A program made the position numbers and the translations under genes. From positions 9,496 to 73,495 of IMG/VR virus record IMGVR_UViG_3300031673_000022: a stretch of DNA of 64,000 bases. One strand, 5' to 3'. Positions 38,336 to 47,920 of this stretch are shown here, one piece after another. How positions within the stretch are numbered: the stretch's first letter is position 1; the number at the start of each line of letters is the position of its first letter. Below the pieces are notes generated by a model. It saw nothing but the letters and a program-made list of their open reading frames with translations. It was not told where the DNA came from and searched no databases. This stretch comes from a virus.

Positions 38336-39322
38336 TCAGTCCTCGTCGTCTTCGTCGGCGGGGGCATCGTCTTCGTTCGCCGTGGCGTACGTGCGCGAGA
38401 CTCCCTCGTCCTCGTCTTCCTCATCCCAAGGGAGGTCTCCGTCATCGTCATCGTCGACGACGGACTCTACGACCTTGCGCTTCTTGCCAGCAGGCTTGTC
38501 CTTGCTGGCGGGCTTCTTCTTGGTATCCTCCGAATCGTCATCCGGGATCTGCTCGTCATCGTCATCGTCGAACGAGTCGTAGTGCTCGGCAGACTTGGCC
38601 TTCGTCTTCCCCGGCTTCTTGGCAGCGGCGGCCTCACCACCACCAGCCAGGCCAAGCTGAACGAGCTTGGCTTGCACTTCGGCGACGCTGGGCTGGCCCT
38701 TCTTTGCCAGTTCGGCGAAGTTCACCTGGGAGTAGTAGGTCTTGAACGCGCGGAACTCCTCCTTCGTGAGAGACACGAGGGGGTTCTTCGTGGCGACGTG
38801 TACGGGGTACTCCGTCTTGCTGTTCTTCTCCTCGATGTTGATCGTGATGTCGAACCCGAACTTCGGGTCGGTCGCGTCGGGAAGATCGTCTTCCTCCCAA
38901 CCTTCGGGCGGCTCATCCTCGAATGCGTTGTTGGAGAGCTTGACGATGTCGTTGGTCGCCTTCGGCGTCAGGCGGATCGGCTTGATCTGCAAGTTGCCAC
39001 GGCGCTGCTCCGAGCGGTCGAGGCAGTAGGCGTAGCTGTACTTCGTGACGCTGTACCCCAGCGCGCACAGGGGGCAGCCGCGAGTGTCGTCGCCAACTTC
39101 CTCGTCGTAGTCGTGGTTGATACAGAGTTCAAAGAACCCTGTCTTCTTCCCCTTCTGCTCGGAGAAGAACTCAATCCAGTGCATCGGGACGACGCACAAT
39201 TCGTCCCCCAGGCGAATCCGCTTGGGCTTGGATGGGTACTGGAACTGCTCGTCCTTGAACGACTCGTCCCAACGTGTCCGCTGTCCGTAACCTTGCTTTG
39301 CTGCTGCCTTCAACTTTGCCAT
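38336..39322 (-). CDS. gp32-like single-stranded DNA-binding protein
   Basis: H..C..CPLC Zn motif, DATDPKFGFDITI, long acidic C-terminal tail, located next to recA. Confidence 0.75.
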   Translation of the reverse strand: MAKLKAAAKQGYGQRTRWDESFKDEQFQYPSKPKRIRLGDELCVVPMHWIEFFSEQKGKKTGFFELCINHDYDEEVGDDTRGCPLCALGYSVTKYSYAYCLDRSEQRRGNLQIKPIRLTPKATNDIVKLSNNAFEDEPPEGWEEDDLPDATDPKFGFDITINIEEKNSKTEYPVHVATKNPLVSLTKEEFRAFKTYYSQVNFAELAKKGQPSVAEVQAKLVQLGLAGGGEAAAAKKPGKTKAKSAEHYDSFDDDDDEQIPDDDSEDTKKKPASKDKPAGKKRKVVESVVDDDDDGDLPWDEEDEDEGVSRTYATANEDDAPADEDDED

Positions 39323-39335
39323 TGGCTCTTTTCCT

Positions 39336-39376
<41 letters not shown>

Positions 39377-39387
39377 TTTTGTTTTTG

Positions 39388-40773
39388 TCAGTAAAGACTG
39401 TGATGGTGGTTGGTCTGTTTGACCTTTTGGTGCCGTGCTTTCTCTTCAAGACAAGCCTGCTCGCTGACGAACATCGGAGCGATGACCTCAGCGAGCATGC
39501 AGGCATCAATACCCGAGTTTAGCGCCCACAGCAAGACTGGAAATAGCAGGCTCGGATCTTCGCTTTGAAGAAGGGAAGCAACGTCCTCAAGTAGCTGCCG
39601 GCCTACCGCAGCCGAGTCCCTCTCCTCGTATTCCTCCTCGACCGCCTGAGCATGTAGGATCGAATCCCCGAGCACAGCCACGGCGTCCGGTGATGACACC
39701 AGGATGCTCTCGAAGCCAGCCTCGTCGCCGCCTTCGTCCATGTCCTGAGTAGACTTGTTGGCGTTAGCGCTGTTCGCGTAGAACATCTCAGCTCGCTCAC
39801 GCAGGTCGGACACACGCTCGCTTGAAAGTTCGATCTGTCCTTTCTGTAGAAGCGATAGCTGGTACCAGGTCGTGGTTGGCAGCGAGATCACCGAGGAGAG
39901 TCGCTGCCTTTGGAGCACCGCTGAGCGGACCCACCACTGACAGTGCGCAGTGAAACTCGATCCATCGACCGGGTCATAGTTTCTGGCCGCACGGATCATC
40001 CCTTCATACCCCGCAGAGAAGTTCTCCTCCGTCGTGGTCACGCCACGGTAGCGGTGGGCGAAGCGGAAGAGGAGACGGGCATACGCCATCGTCACCTTCT
40101 GCACCATCTTCTCGATCTGGTCGTAGATGGACCTGACGTTTACCGTTACGTACCAAGCGTCATCGCGGTGGATCCCAACCTCAGCTTCCAGGACCTGAAG
40201 GAAGGAGTCGATCTGGACCATCGCTTCGTGGTCCCCCTCCGCCTTCGCTGCGCACCAGTCGGCCACCATCGTGGGGTAGCTGTTCATCAACGCCGTGAAG
40301 TAGGCGCCCATGTCGTCGTAGACGAGCCTAGACACACCAAGCGCGGCGACCTCCTCCGCGTTAGGCACGGTTCCCATAGCATCGTACTTGTGTAAGATGT
40401 GGAACATGTTGCTGAGGAAGTTGGTGTGCCGAGGTTTGATCGTGTCTGCCCAGTCATTCTGCCCCGCCGTGCTCATCCCCTCGAAGTCGGCTTCCGTGCT
40501 CTTGCGGTAGCGGGACGTGAGGATGAGGCGGTTACGGTCGGTACCCGCCAAGAGGTCGCGGGCCTGGTCACGTAGCCACGTTCGTGAGAATCTCGTGTAA
40601 GGGAAGAGGAGGAGCCGAAACACGAAGTTGACGACGAGATCGTCGTACACGGAGTATAGGTCAAGCAAGTCCTCTACCTTGAACTTCTTGGTCTTGCTTA
40701 CCAGCTTTTCAAGATAGGTATGTGACTGCGAGTCCTTCTTGGACCGGTGCTTATTCGACTGAGCTGATGCCAT
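39388..40773 (-). CDS. phage-encoded RNA polymerase sigma-70 family factor
   Basis: Region 2: AYARLLFRFAHRY..ENFSAGYEGMIRAARNYDPVDGSSFTAHCQWWVRSAV. Confidence 0.8.
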   Translation of the reverse strand: MASAQSNKHRSKKDSQSHTYLEKLVSKTKKFKVEDLLDLYSVYDDLVVNFVFRLLLFPYTRFSRTWLRDQARDLLAGTDRNRLILTSRYRKSTEADFEGMSTAGQNDWADTIKPRHTNFLSNMFHILHKYDAMGTVPNAEEVAALGVSRLVYDDMGAYFTALMNSYPTMVADWCAAKAEGDHEAMVQIDSFLQVLEAEVGIHRDDAWYVTVNVRSIYDQIEKMVQKVTMAYARLLFRFAHRYRGVTTTEENFSAGYEGMIRAARNYDPVDGSSFTAHCQWWVRSAVLQRQRLSSVISLPTTTWYQLSLLQKGQIELSSERVSDLRERAEMFYANSANANKSTQDMDEGGDEAGFESILVSSPDAVAVLGDSILHAQAVEEEYEERDSAAVGRQLLEDVASLLQSEDPSLLFPVLLWALNSGIDACMLAEVIAPMFVSEQACLEEKARHQKVKQTNHHHSLY

Positions 40774-40802
40774 GGTGCGTACTCTGATGTGAAGAGGGAT
40801 AG

Positions 40803-41354
40803 ATGCTGCCGCTATCGAAAATCCTGCAAGCAACGCCAGAGAAGACGCGCCTAAGGGCAAGGGACCAGTGTTATGGGCAGAGCTACGCGCCACCTCGACG
40901 GAAGTCGGCGCTACGCTCACTCACGAAGAGCGGCGGTTACGCGGTCGAGGATGAAACGGGTTCGTACCGGGAGTTTAAGTACCGCACCAAGTGTACTGAT
41001 GGCTGGCGCCGCGTGGTGGTCCGTTTTTACGGTTCACTCAGTAAACACACTCGTGTGTGGTGTTGGTGCGACTGCCCGTACTTCAAGTACCACTGCGAGG
41101 TCGCCCTCGCGTCGAAGGGCTCGTCAGCGGTGATCCAGTCAAACGGACAGCGCCCCCGGTTCACGAACCCTCGTCTGGAGCCCCGTATCTGCAAGCACGT
41201 CTATCTTGTGATCGCTCTAGCTATGCGTAAGCGCAAGCCAGGTGAGCAAACCAAGAACCAGCCCAGCGGTCGTCGTCAAAAAAACATGACGATCAGAGCG
41301 GTGTGGGCCGGCGATGTCCTTGGGGGAGCAACCCGCCGCGAGGTGCCCGACTAG
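40803..41354 (+). CDS. SWIM zinc-finger protein
   Basis: VWCWCDCPYFKY..ICKHVY. Confidence 0.7.
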   Translation: MLPLSKILQATPEKTRLRARDQCYGQSYAPPRRKSALRSLTKSGGYAVEDETGSYREFKYRTKCTDGWRRVVVRFYGSLSKHTRVWCWCDCPYFKYHCEVALASKGSSAVIQSNGQRPRFTNPRLEPRICKHVYLVIALAMRKRKPGEQTKNQPSGRRQKNMTIRAVWAGDVLGGATRREVPD

Positions 41355-41482
41355 GGATTAGCCATCCTTCTCGTCGGACTTGTCATCTTCCTTCTTCTCT
41401 TCGTTCTTCTCCTGCTCCTGCTCCTGCACCTGAGGCGCGGGAGCGTTCCCCTGCTCGGGAACCATCACGTCTGTGGCGTCGA

Positions 41483-42601
41483 CTACGTCTCCGCGAATAA
41501 TGCCGCCCATGCTGCTCTCTCCTGGGTCAAAATGTCTTCAAGATTAGAGTGCGCTGCTGTGTCATACAGAGCATCACTTGTGTAAGCTACGTTACCTTCG
41601 GGCTTCAGGCACACTTCCTTGTGGCTGCACCATCGGCAGGTAGGGAGCGAGGCGATGTCGGCTTCGTTGCTGGCGAAGCCTCGCGGTAGAATCTGTAGGT
41701 CGCGGGCCTTTTGGGCCATGAGGATACGGCACCGGATCTCGCCCCACCACGAGTTGTCCTCTGGTACGGGCAAGGAGAACGACGCCACCTTGCCGGGGCT
41801 GTCGCGCGACGCGATGAAGTAGTCGACCCGCTTGATCGGTGGCAGGCTCGGGTACTTGAGTCGTAGCAGCGAAGCGTAGCTGGCTGCTTGGTGCCAGTAC
41901 CCGTACCAAGGGGTCTCACTCTCGAAGGCGGCGGAAACCTCTTCGTCCGTCATAGACAGGAGCTTCTCCACCTTGTCGTCACCAGCGGTCTTGACCTCAA
42001 GGACGACCGAGAACGTCTTGAAGACGATCACACCATCGGTGTGCCCACGAAGGCCGATCTTGGGGTCGCTGATGACAAGCTCTTCGTACTCGAATCGATC
42101 CGCCTTACAGGTTGGGCACCTCTTGTCCGTGGGGTAGAATCCAGGGACACTAGATAAAGGCTTGCCTTGGATTCGATCCTGACACGTAGGACGGGCGCAC
42201 AACCAGAATCCCCACAGCCTGCCAGTCCGCGCGAAGGCGTTTTGAATGACGTAGTGGACAGCCTTGCCGATCTCGGTGTAGTAGTTACTCTCGACGGCGA
42301 AGTCAGAAGGCATCCGCAGGCCGAGGCGTTCCATGACGTAGCGCCGGGGGCAGAACGGGAACGAGGATGGTCTTACGTCGGCAGACTTCCTCCACTGGTT
42401 GGGGTCGCTGTAGCTGACAGGTGGGTCCGCCAGCAGCGCCTTCCACGTCTTCTCCATCTTTACGTTTCGGGAGAGCTTCGGACGTGGTCCAATCGGGATG
42501 AGGTCGTTCTTACGGCAGCGCTCCAGCAGCGCTAGTGACGAGGCAGCGTTGCTGTTCTTGATTGTCTTGGTGATCTGTTTCAGACCGCGCGCCATCAACA
42601 T
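41483..42601 (-). CDS. Cas4-like PD-(D/E)xK exonuclease
   Basis: PSSFPFCPR, GKAVH, GHTDG..LEVKT, QAASY and C-terminal CRWC..C. Confidence 0.8.
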   Translation of the reverse strand: MLMARGLKQITKTIKNSNAASSLALLERCRKNDLIPIGPRPKLSRNVKMEKTWKALLADPPVSYSDPNQWRKSADVRPSSFPFCPRRYVMERLGLRMPSDFAVESNYYTEIGKAVHYVIQNAFARTGRLWGFWLCARPTCQDRIQGKPLSSVPGFYPTDKRCPTCKADRFEYEELVISDPKIGLRGHTDGVIVFKTFSVVLEVKTAGDDKVEKLLSMTDEEVSAAFESETPWYGYWHQAASYASLLRLKYPSLPPIKRVDYFIASRDSPGKVASFSLPVPEDNSWWGEIRCRILMAQKARDLQILPRGFASNEADIASLPTCRWCSHKEVCLKPEGNVAYTSDALYDTAAHSNLEDILTQERAAWAALFAET

Positions 42602-42616
42602 CCCTGGGAGCAGAGT

Positions 42617-43621
42617 TTGAAGAGTAGGCTAGCTGACTTCCAAGAGAAGACAGCATCCAAGGTAGAGGAGAAAGATGAGGACTGGTTCCTTCATCAACTC
42701 GTTTCTAAGTGTCCAGATGTGGTGGTCAAGGGACGCTTCTTTGAGATGCTATGCCCCTTCCATGCCGATAGCAACATAGGATCGTTTGGGGTTAGCCGTT
42801 CTGGCGGCTTCTACAAGTGTTTTTCATGTGGTGCCAAAGGTCCTTGGAACAGGCTGGCTGCGCACATAGGAATGGAGAAGCTAGCAGTAGGGGGAGGGAG
42901 TTCCTTCGCGTCCACCCAGGATATGAAGGACGACATGACTCGCGCCCTGAGCAAAGCAGGAGTTTCGGGCAAGCGAAAAGAGAACAAACTCCGCCCTATC
43001 GTCGAGCCTTGGCCGCGCGATCGGAACTGGCGTGAAGTCGATGGTCGCATCCTGTCCCGTATCGGATGTGTCCGTGTAGTCGACCTAAAGAGGAACGTCC
43101 TCCGCATTGGACTTCCTGTACGCAACATCGAGGGGTACCTGCTCGGGTACACCTGCCGCTCTTTGGAGCCTGAGGATGCGGAGCCCAAGTACGCCCCGCT
43201 CGCTGCTGACCGCGTGACCTGGCGGAAGAAGGAGCTACCTACAGGGGATGCTCTCTTTCTCGTAGACAGGGCTCTTGAAGAGGATTGGCAGTACGTTGTC
43301 ATCGTAGAAGGCCCGTACGACGCTCTTCATCTCTACGCGCAGGGCATCCCTGCCGTGTCTATCCTCGGGACGAACAACTGGACGCCACAGAAGGCATCCA
43401 TGCTTGCGGCGCTCTCGCTCCGGGCGGTGCTTGTGATGATGGACAGCGACAGGTCTGGGCAGGAAGCGCAGAGAATCGTCGTCGACGACATGTCCCACGT
43501 CACCCGCTGCAAGGGTCTTAGGCTACCCAAGCCCGGCATGGACCCAGGAAAGCTGTCGTTGAAGCAGGTGCTGTGGGTAAAGAAAAAGGCCGAGTCGATA
43601 GTCTTCGGATCGACTACCTGA
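42617..43621 (+). CDS. dnaG: DnaG-type DNA primase
   Basis: CPFH..CFSCG Zn finger, TOPRIM VEGPYD and MDSDRSG. Confidence 0.85.
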   Translation: MKSRLADFQEKTASKVEEKDEDWFLHQLVSKCPDVVVKGRFFEMLCPFHADSNIGSFGVSRSGGFYKCFSCGAKGPWNRLAAHIGMEKLAVGGGSSFASTQDMKDDMTRALSKAGVSGKRKENKLRPIVEPWPRDRNWREVDGRILSRIGCVRVVDLKRNVLRIGLPVRNIEGYLLGYTCRSLEPEDAEPKYAPLAADRVTWRKKELPTGDALFLVDRALEEDWQYVVIVEGPYDALHLYAQGIPAVSILGTNNWTPQKASMLAALSLRAVLVMMDSDRSGQEAQRIVVDDMSHVTRCKGLRLPKPGMDPGKLSLKQVLWVKKKAESIVFGSTT

Positions 43622-43749
43622 TTTGTCTCCCTGGAGGGCTCTGAATGTTCAGTGCCATTACAGGCAACATAGTCTTCCTATTGAATTGTGCATGACGTAG
43701 GTAACTCAGGTATTGACCTGGTGCGGCAGAAGTCTTTAGCTGCTGGTCG

Positions 43750-44376
43750 ATGGCAAGAGTTCCACTCATCCCCTACGAAAGACCTGTACCCCAGGTCCTT
43801 CGTGATGCGCAGGCTACTACTACACCTAGAGGTAAGAAGCCTGCTTCTACAAAGAAGAAGGACGTCATGGCTGCACCCAAGAAGAAGTCAGTCGCGCGTT
43901 TCATCGCGCACAACAGCGAAGACATCGAGTCCAAACACAAGGCACTGCAATCCCTGTGGCGGATCCTGTCGAAAATGGATGAGAAGGGCACCGTATTCGT
44001 CAACGACATAGGCATCATCGGCCTCGACGGTGACGTGCCCAGTGACCGGACTCCAAAGAAGCTAGGTCTGAAGAACGACGAGATCGCTCTCATCCAGCCC
44101 TATGCGATCTACGATGGTCCCGAGGCCGATGATCAGGAGTCGGCGACGGGCGTCATCCTCACCACCTACCAACTTCTCGAAGCGGCCTTCGACCTCGGCG
44201 CACAGTCGGAGTCGGCCAAAGTCACCGCTAGTATGACTCGCGCAGCCGACGCGAATGGCGCTGAAGAGGAAGCAGAGGAAGAAGAATCGGAAGAAGAAGA
44301 AGAAGAAGAAGATGAGGACATGGATGTTCTCGATGAGGACGATGATGAGTACGATAACGATGAAGATGAAGACTGA
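43750..44376 (+). CDS. hypothetical protein with very acidic C-terminus
   Basis: Basic N-terminus and E/D tail after VTAS. An alternative start exists at 43867. Confidence 0.65.
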   Translation: MARVPLIPYERPVPQVLRDAQATTTPRGKKPASTKKKDVMAAPKKKSVARFIAHNSEDIESKHKALQSLWRILSKMDEKGTVFVNDIGIIGLDGDVPSDRTPKKLGLKNDEIALIQPYAIYDGPEADDQESATGVILTTYQLLEAAFDLGAQSESAKVTASMTRAADANGAEEEAEEEESEEEEEEEDEDMDVLDEDDDEYDNDEDED

Positions 44377-44395
44377 CTCGTAGTACCATCGATCC

Positions 44396-44423
44396 TTGCA
44401 TTTCCGCACAGTAGCAGTACGAT
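44396..44423 (+). promoter_or_regulatory. sigma70-type promoter upstream of HU gene
   Basis: TTGCAT-N16-TACGAT. Confidence 0.45.
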
Positions 44424-44458
44424 ACCCAACCGCCTGCCAGGCAAAAAACGGAGAAACA

Positions 44459-44992
44459 ATGCTGGACGCACGTCGCAAGCAGAAGAGTGCAGCCTCAACC
44501 ACTGCCGCCCCCAAGAAGAAGAACGAGTCCAACCTCAGCGGCCCCATGCGTTCGATCGCCATCGGTCGCAAGTATCGCGAGTACGATCCCCCGATGGACG
44601 AGGACGGTCACCCGGTGTTCCGCTCGACCTTCGACCCTGCCGGCCACTACGCCAAGGTCATCGGCGACGAGGTGAGTAAGGATCGGGTTGTGAACAACTC
44701 CGATTTCTTCAAGCACATCAATGCCACGGTGTTCGGTCCCGTGTTCGGTGCTCCGCTCCGTGGTCGCGTCGCGCGTCTGCTCATCGAGGGCATCAGCGAC
44801 CAGTGTCTCGAACTGGTCGAGAAGGGGTACCGGGTCAAGATCCCCAACCTCGTCACGTTGGAGCGCAAGGAGCGCAAGGCTCGGAAGGCTCGCAACCCAC
44901 GCACGGGTGATGAGGTCAGTGTCCCAGCGCGTACCGCGCTGTCGACCAAGCCGACACGCTCGGCGAAGGCGTACATGGCGAACGCCGACTGA
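44459..44992 (+). CDS. HU/IHF-family DNA-binding protein with N-terminal extension
   Basis: VKIPNLVTLERKERKARKARNPRTGDEVSVPAR. Confidence 0.85.
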   Translation: MLDARRKQKSAASTTAAPKKKNESNLSGPMRSIAIGRKYREYDPPMDEDGHPVFRSTFDPAGHYAKVIGDEVSKDRVVNNSDFFKHINATVFGPVFGAPLRGRVARLLIEGISDQCLELVEKGYRVKIPNLVTLERKERKARKARNPRTGDEVSVPARTALSTKPTRSAKAYMANAD

Positions 44993-45017
44993 TCGTTCGA
45001 CCTAAGTCGATCGAAAG

Positions 45018-45057
45018 ACAAAGAGCCCCTGCCACTCTGGCAGGGGCTCTTTGTTTT
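45018..45057 (+). terminator. rho-independent terminator
   Basis: ACAAAGAGCCCCTGCCA-ctc-TGGCAGGGGCTCTTTGT followed by TTT. Confidence 0.8.
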
Positions 45058-45066
45058 GGAGGCTAC

Positions 45067-45945
45067 GTGCCGCAGGTCGATTTCTCTGACATCTCCCGTC
45101 TCTTCCAAGAGAAAGGGTCCGACCGAGTATCGCCAGGAGACCCGGGCATCGCAGCTAACCACCTAGCGGAGACTGCCGCTAACACGCCGCCGCAGCCGTC
45201 GTCGCTCGACCGTGTGGTCAGCAGCACCAAAAAGAGGGTCAACTCGATAGCTACGGAAGAAGCCTTCCGGATACAGCAAAACATTCCATATCTAGGCCAG
45301 AATATCGTTGGCGAGCGCATGCGCAAGCCCTACGCGGGAGGGCTCCAGCAAGAGCGTGTTGGTTTCGTGTTGACCTCTGACCTATGGAGAGAGAACAACA
45401 AGGCGCTGGCGCTCCACGCGGGTCCTTCCTCCGTGGAGTGGTCATTGGCTCTGCGAGCCCAAGACGAGGAGATCAAGGGAGGTCATGCCCGGTACGCGCA
45501 GGCAAGAAACGCACATGCCCATGGAGCGCATGGAGGGGAAGACCTAACCTGGTTCGATCTACCTCGCGTCAGCTTCCAGTTTCAGGCAGGTAACCTGATG
45601 CCTATCCCCGGTATCCAAAATGAAGTAGGTATCCCTTACGGGCTACAAGACTTCTACCTGTTCCTCGAATTGTTGAACCAGCCTCCTCTCCTGCCATCAG
45701 GTCAGAACGAGGGTAAGCACAACTACGTCTGGGTCTTCTACACAAGCCTTCAGTTCCCCCAGGTAGTCCTCCGAGGATACTTCGAGCCCGAGGGCGTTTC
45801 ATGGTCGGATAACGCGGATGAGCCCACTGATCTCAAGTGGAGCGCGAGCTTCGTTGTTCACCAGATGAGCCCAAACATCTGGGACTCTGGCGAGGTGTTC
45901 AACGCCTACAAAGAGTTCATGAGGGACGCGGTTACATTCTTCTGA
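45067..45945 (+). CDS. putative baseplate/tail-tube initiator-like protein
   Basis: Adjacent to the tail tube. The pattern LHAGPSSVEW..VLRGYF..WSDNADEP..WSASFVV resembles tube-fold baseplate proteins. Confidence 0.45.
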   Translation: MPQVDFSDISRLFQEKGSDRVSPGDPGIAANHLAETAANTPPQPSSLDRVVSSTKKRVNSIATEEAFRIQQNIPYLGQNIVGERMRKPYAGGLQQERVGFVLTSDLWRENNKALALHAGPSSVEWSLALRAQDEEIKGGHARYAQARNAHAHGAHGGEDLTWFDLPRVSFQFQAGNLMPIPGIQNEVGIPYGLQDFYLFLELLNQPPLLPSGQNEGKHNYVWVFYTSLQFPQVVLRGYFEPEGVSWSDNADEPTDLKWSASFVVHQMSPNIWDSGEVFNAYKEFMRDAVTFF

Positions 45946-46026
45946 AAACCGAGCGTGGAGGAAGACAAGGGGCACCAAAAGCAGAAGCAAGACACCTCTC
46001 TATAGAACCAAGAGAGAGGTCATCCA

Positions 46027-46548
46027 ATGGCTATCCGTGCCTCCAACGCATTCGCTGTCGAAGCCCATCGGGTCCAACCGGTTGACTTTACTGCCGAACA
46101 CGCACCCACGACACAGACGTACCACGGCTTTTCAATCCAGATTGCGGGCGTAACCATCGGCAGGATCACTGAGTGGACTCCGGTTCAGATGGACCGTGAC
46201 GTGACGCTCCTCTACGAACTGAACGCCAAGACCTGGGGGCAGCCGGTGGATGCCGTCCCCGGTAAGGCCAACTCCTTCACGATCGCGTTCACACGCGCAG
46301 AGGTGTGGGGTGAGGAGATCGAGAAGGCGTTCGGCGCTACCGACGTCTATACGCTGCTCACGAATCAGAGCGCGCCCTTTGCTATCGATGAAGTGTACAT
46401 GAAGGGTTCTCAGCGGTACCGGCACTTCCGATACCTGGGGTGCTGGTTCTCCTCCAAGGGTACGGAGGGATTCAGTTCCGAGGGCGATGCTATCATCAAG
46501 GTGTCCGGAGACATCACCTTCGTGAACCGCGTCCGCCTGGACGGGTAA
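46027..46548 (+). CDS. contractile tail tube protein
   Basis: 173 aa; IQIAGVTIGRI..YELN..VPG..YLGCWFSS..IIKVSGDITF, a gp19-like pattern. Confidence 0.7.
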   Translation: MAIRASNAFAVEAHRVQPVDFTAEHAPTTQTYHGFSIQIAGVTIGRITEWTPVQMDRDVTLLYELNAKTWGQPVDAVPGKANSFTIAFTRAEVWGEEIEKAFGATDVYTLLTNQSAPFAIDEVYMKGSQRYRHFRYLGCWFSSKGTEGFSSEGDAIIKVSGDITFVNRVRLDG

Positions 46549-46598
46549 CGAGGACCTTGTTCTGATTGACGTCTCGCGGTGTAGTATGGGACACACCG

Positions 46599-46964
46599 AT
46601 GCCGAACCTTATCGTCTACACCGAGTTTACATACCACACAAAAACACCAACCGGGAAGCTACTACGCGCTTCCCGGTTGCTCAAATACAGTGATGAGGAC
46701 GAGTGGGAGCTGACCGTCTACGACAGCGGATTACAGCCCCTTCGTGAGTTCTATGGGTGGGATGAAGTGCGTGTTCTCCGCTTCATGGAGTCGTACGACG
46801 AGTATAGTCACGACATTACTCTTGAAGAGAGCAGTTTCTCTGTAGGGGTATATCGTGGACATCTTTCGCGCTATCGACGCGCCCGTTCTCCTGTTTTTAG
46901 TCGTGGTTGGTATCGTCGGTTGTGTGACGCCTGTCGTCCATACTCAAGCTCTTCCAGTAGCTGA
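46599..46964 (+). CDS. hypothetical protein
   Basis: ATG start after the tube gene. The 3' end overlaps the next ORF. Confidence 0.4.
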   Translation: MPNLIVYTEFTYHTKTPTGKLLRASRLLKYSDEDEWELTVYDSGLQPLREFYGWDEVRVLRFMESYDEYSHDITLEESSFSVGVYRGHLSRYRRARSPVFSRGWYRRLCDACRPYSSSSSS

Positions 46965-47196
46965 GCTGGAGACGTACGACTACTGCGGCTGCGTTGCGCA
47001 GTGCAGCGGTGGTGGTGATCCACAGATCGTCTCAGACATGCCTGAGGAGGTATGCAAGTCTCCTCCTCCGCAGTGCTCCAGCATGCCGCTGTACTGCGGA
47101 GTGCGCGTGGATCGGCGTGGGGAAGCTAGCAAGGGTGCGCAGAGGACCCCGCAAAGTGATTCCTCGTCCGGCAGTGTGAGGGTTTACGAACTCTGA
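46855..47196 (+). CDS. putative Cys-rich lipoprotein
   Basis: VLLFLVVVGIVGC lipobox-like signal and several Cys residues. Confidence 0.4.
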   Translation: MDIFRAIDAPVLLFLVVVGIVGCVTPVVHTQALPVAELETYDYCGCVAQCSGGGDPQIVSDMPEEVCKSPPPQCSSMPLYCGVRVDRRGEASKGAQRTPQSDSSSGSVRVYEL

Positions 47197-47214
47197 GGGG
47201 AAGGAGCCCCCAAC

Positions 47215-47766
47215 ATGAGTGACGAAGACAAACCCAAAGGGTTCGCGGATAAACTGAAGACGGCCTTCACCTCTGGGTCGAAGTTGGCTGGCGTGGTCCT
47301 GACCATCGCGAAGTCGAGCGCGCTCATTGGTGCCTACGGCATCGGGTTTTACGCAGAGGCACAGGCCGACCATGCGAAGACCAAAGTGGATAACAGGACT
47401 GAGGCCACTTACGAGGCCCTGCGCGACGAGGTTGAAGCTCTTTGGGCAGCGCACGAGAAGATGTCCACCGACGTAGGGGATGTCCGTGTTGACCTGGGGC
47501 AGATCGTGCGTGACGTTAGGGGGATGGACCTGAGGGTCCGCGACATCGCCCTAGAGGACCGCCTTGCGTCCCTCGAAAAGAGGCTCAGCGGAAGGAGCGT
47601 CGGCCCTCAGAAGCGGTCTGAGGAGCCCTCAACAGGTACTCCGCCCCGACCACCCGTTGCACAGGATGCGCTCCAGCGAATCTACGAGTACCACCCCGCT
47701 GCTCAGCGCGAGAAGCTGCCATCAGCCGAAGCGTTTTTTGATCAGCAGAAAGATCAGAAGAAGTAG
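47215..47766 (+). CDS. membrane-anchored coiled-coil protein
   Basis: AAGGAG RBS, hydrophobic N-terminal segment, then heptads. Confidence 0.6.
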   Translation: MSDEDKPKGFADKLKTAFTSGSKLAGVVLTIAKSSALIGAYGIGFYAEAQADHAKTKVDNRTEATYEALRDEVEALWAAHEKMSTDVGDVRVDLGQIVRDVRGMDLRVRDIALEDRLASLEKRLSGRSVGPQKRSEEPSTGTPPRPPVAQDALQRIYEYHPAAQREKLPSAEAFFDQQKDQKK

Positions 47767-47826
47767 TTGACGGGAGGTATTTGGACAAGGTATCTCGACA
47801 GGAGAGGCGACACCCCCCTTCGCTTC

Positions 47827-47866
47827 AGCCCCCTCGGCTCCCCCCTACAGCCGAGGGGGCTTTTTT
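47827..47866 (+). terminator. rho-independent terminator
   Basis: AGCCCCCTCGGCT..AGCCGAGGGGGCT followed by a T-run. Confidence 0.8.
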
Positions 47867-47920
47867 ATGCACGAAGCCGGTGAAGGCGCCGCGCAGGTTG
47901 GTGTTGGTTTTGCTGGACGC

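Noticed and set aside
40774-40920. Apparent overlap of the sigma gene with the SWIM gene
   Set aside because: Resolved by using the ATG at 40773 for the sigma gene, which makes the two genes simply divergent.
41483-42601. Cas4-like nuclease as evidence for a CRISPR system
   Set aside because: No repeat-spacer array or other cas genes. Stand-alone Cas4-like exonucleases are common in phage replication modules.
46855-47766. Lipoprotein plus TM coiled-coil pair as spanins
   Set aside because: The gene order is reversed from typical i-/o-spanin pairs and no endolysin is adjacent. The evidence is too weak.
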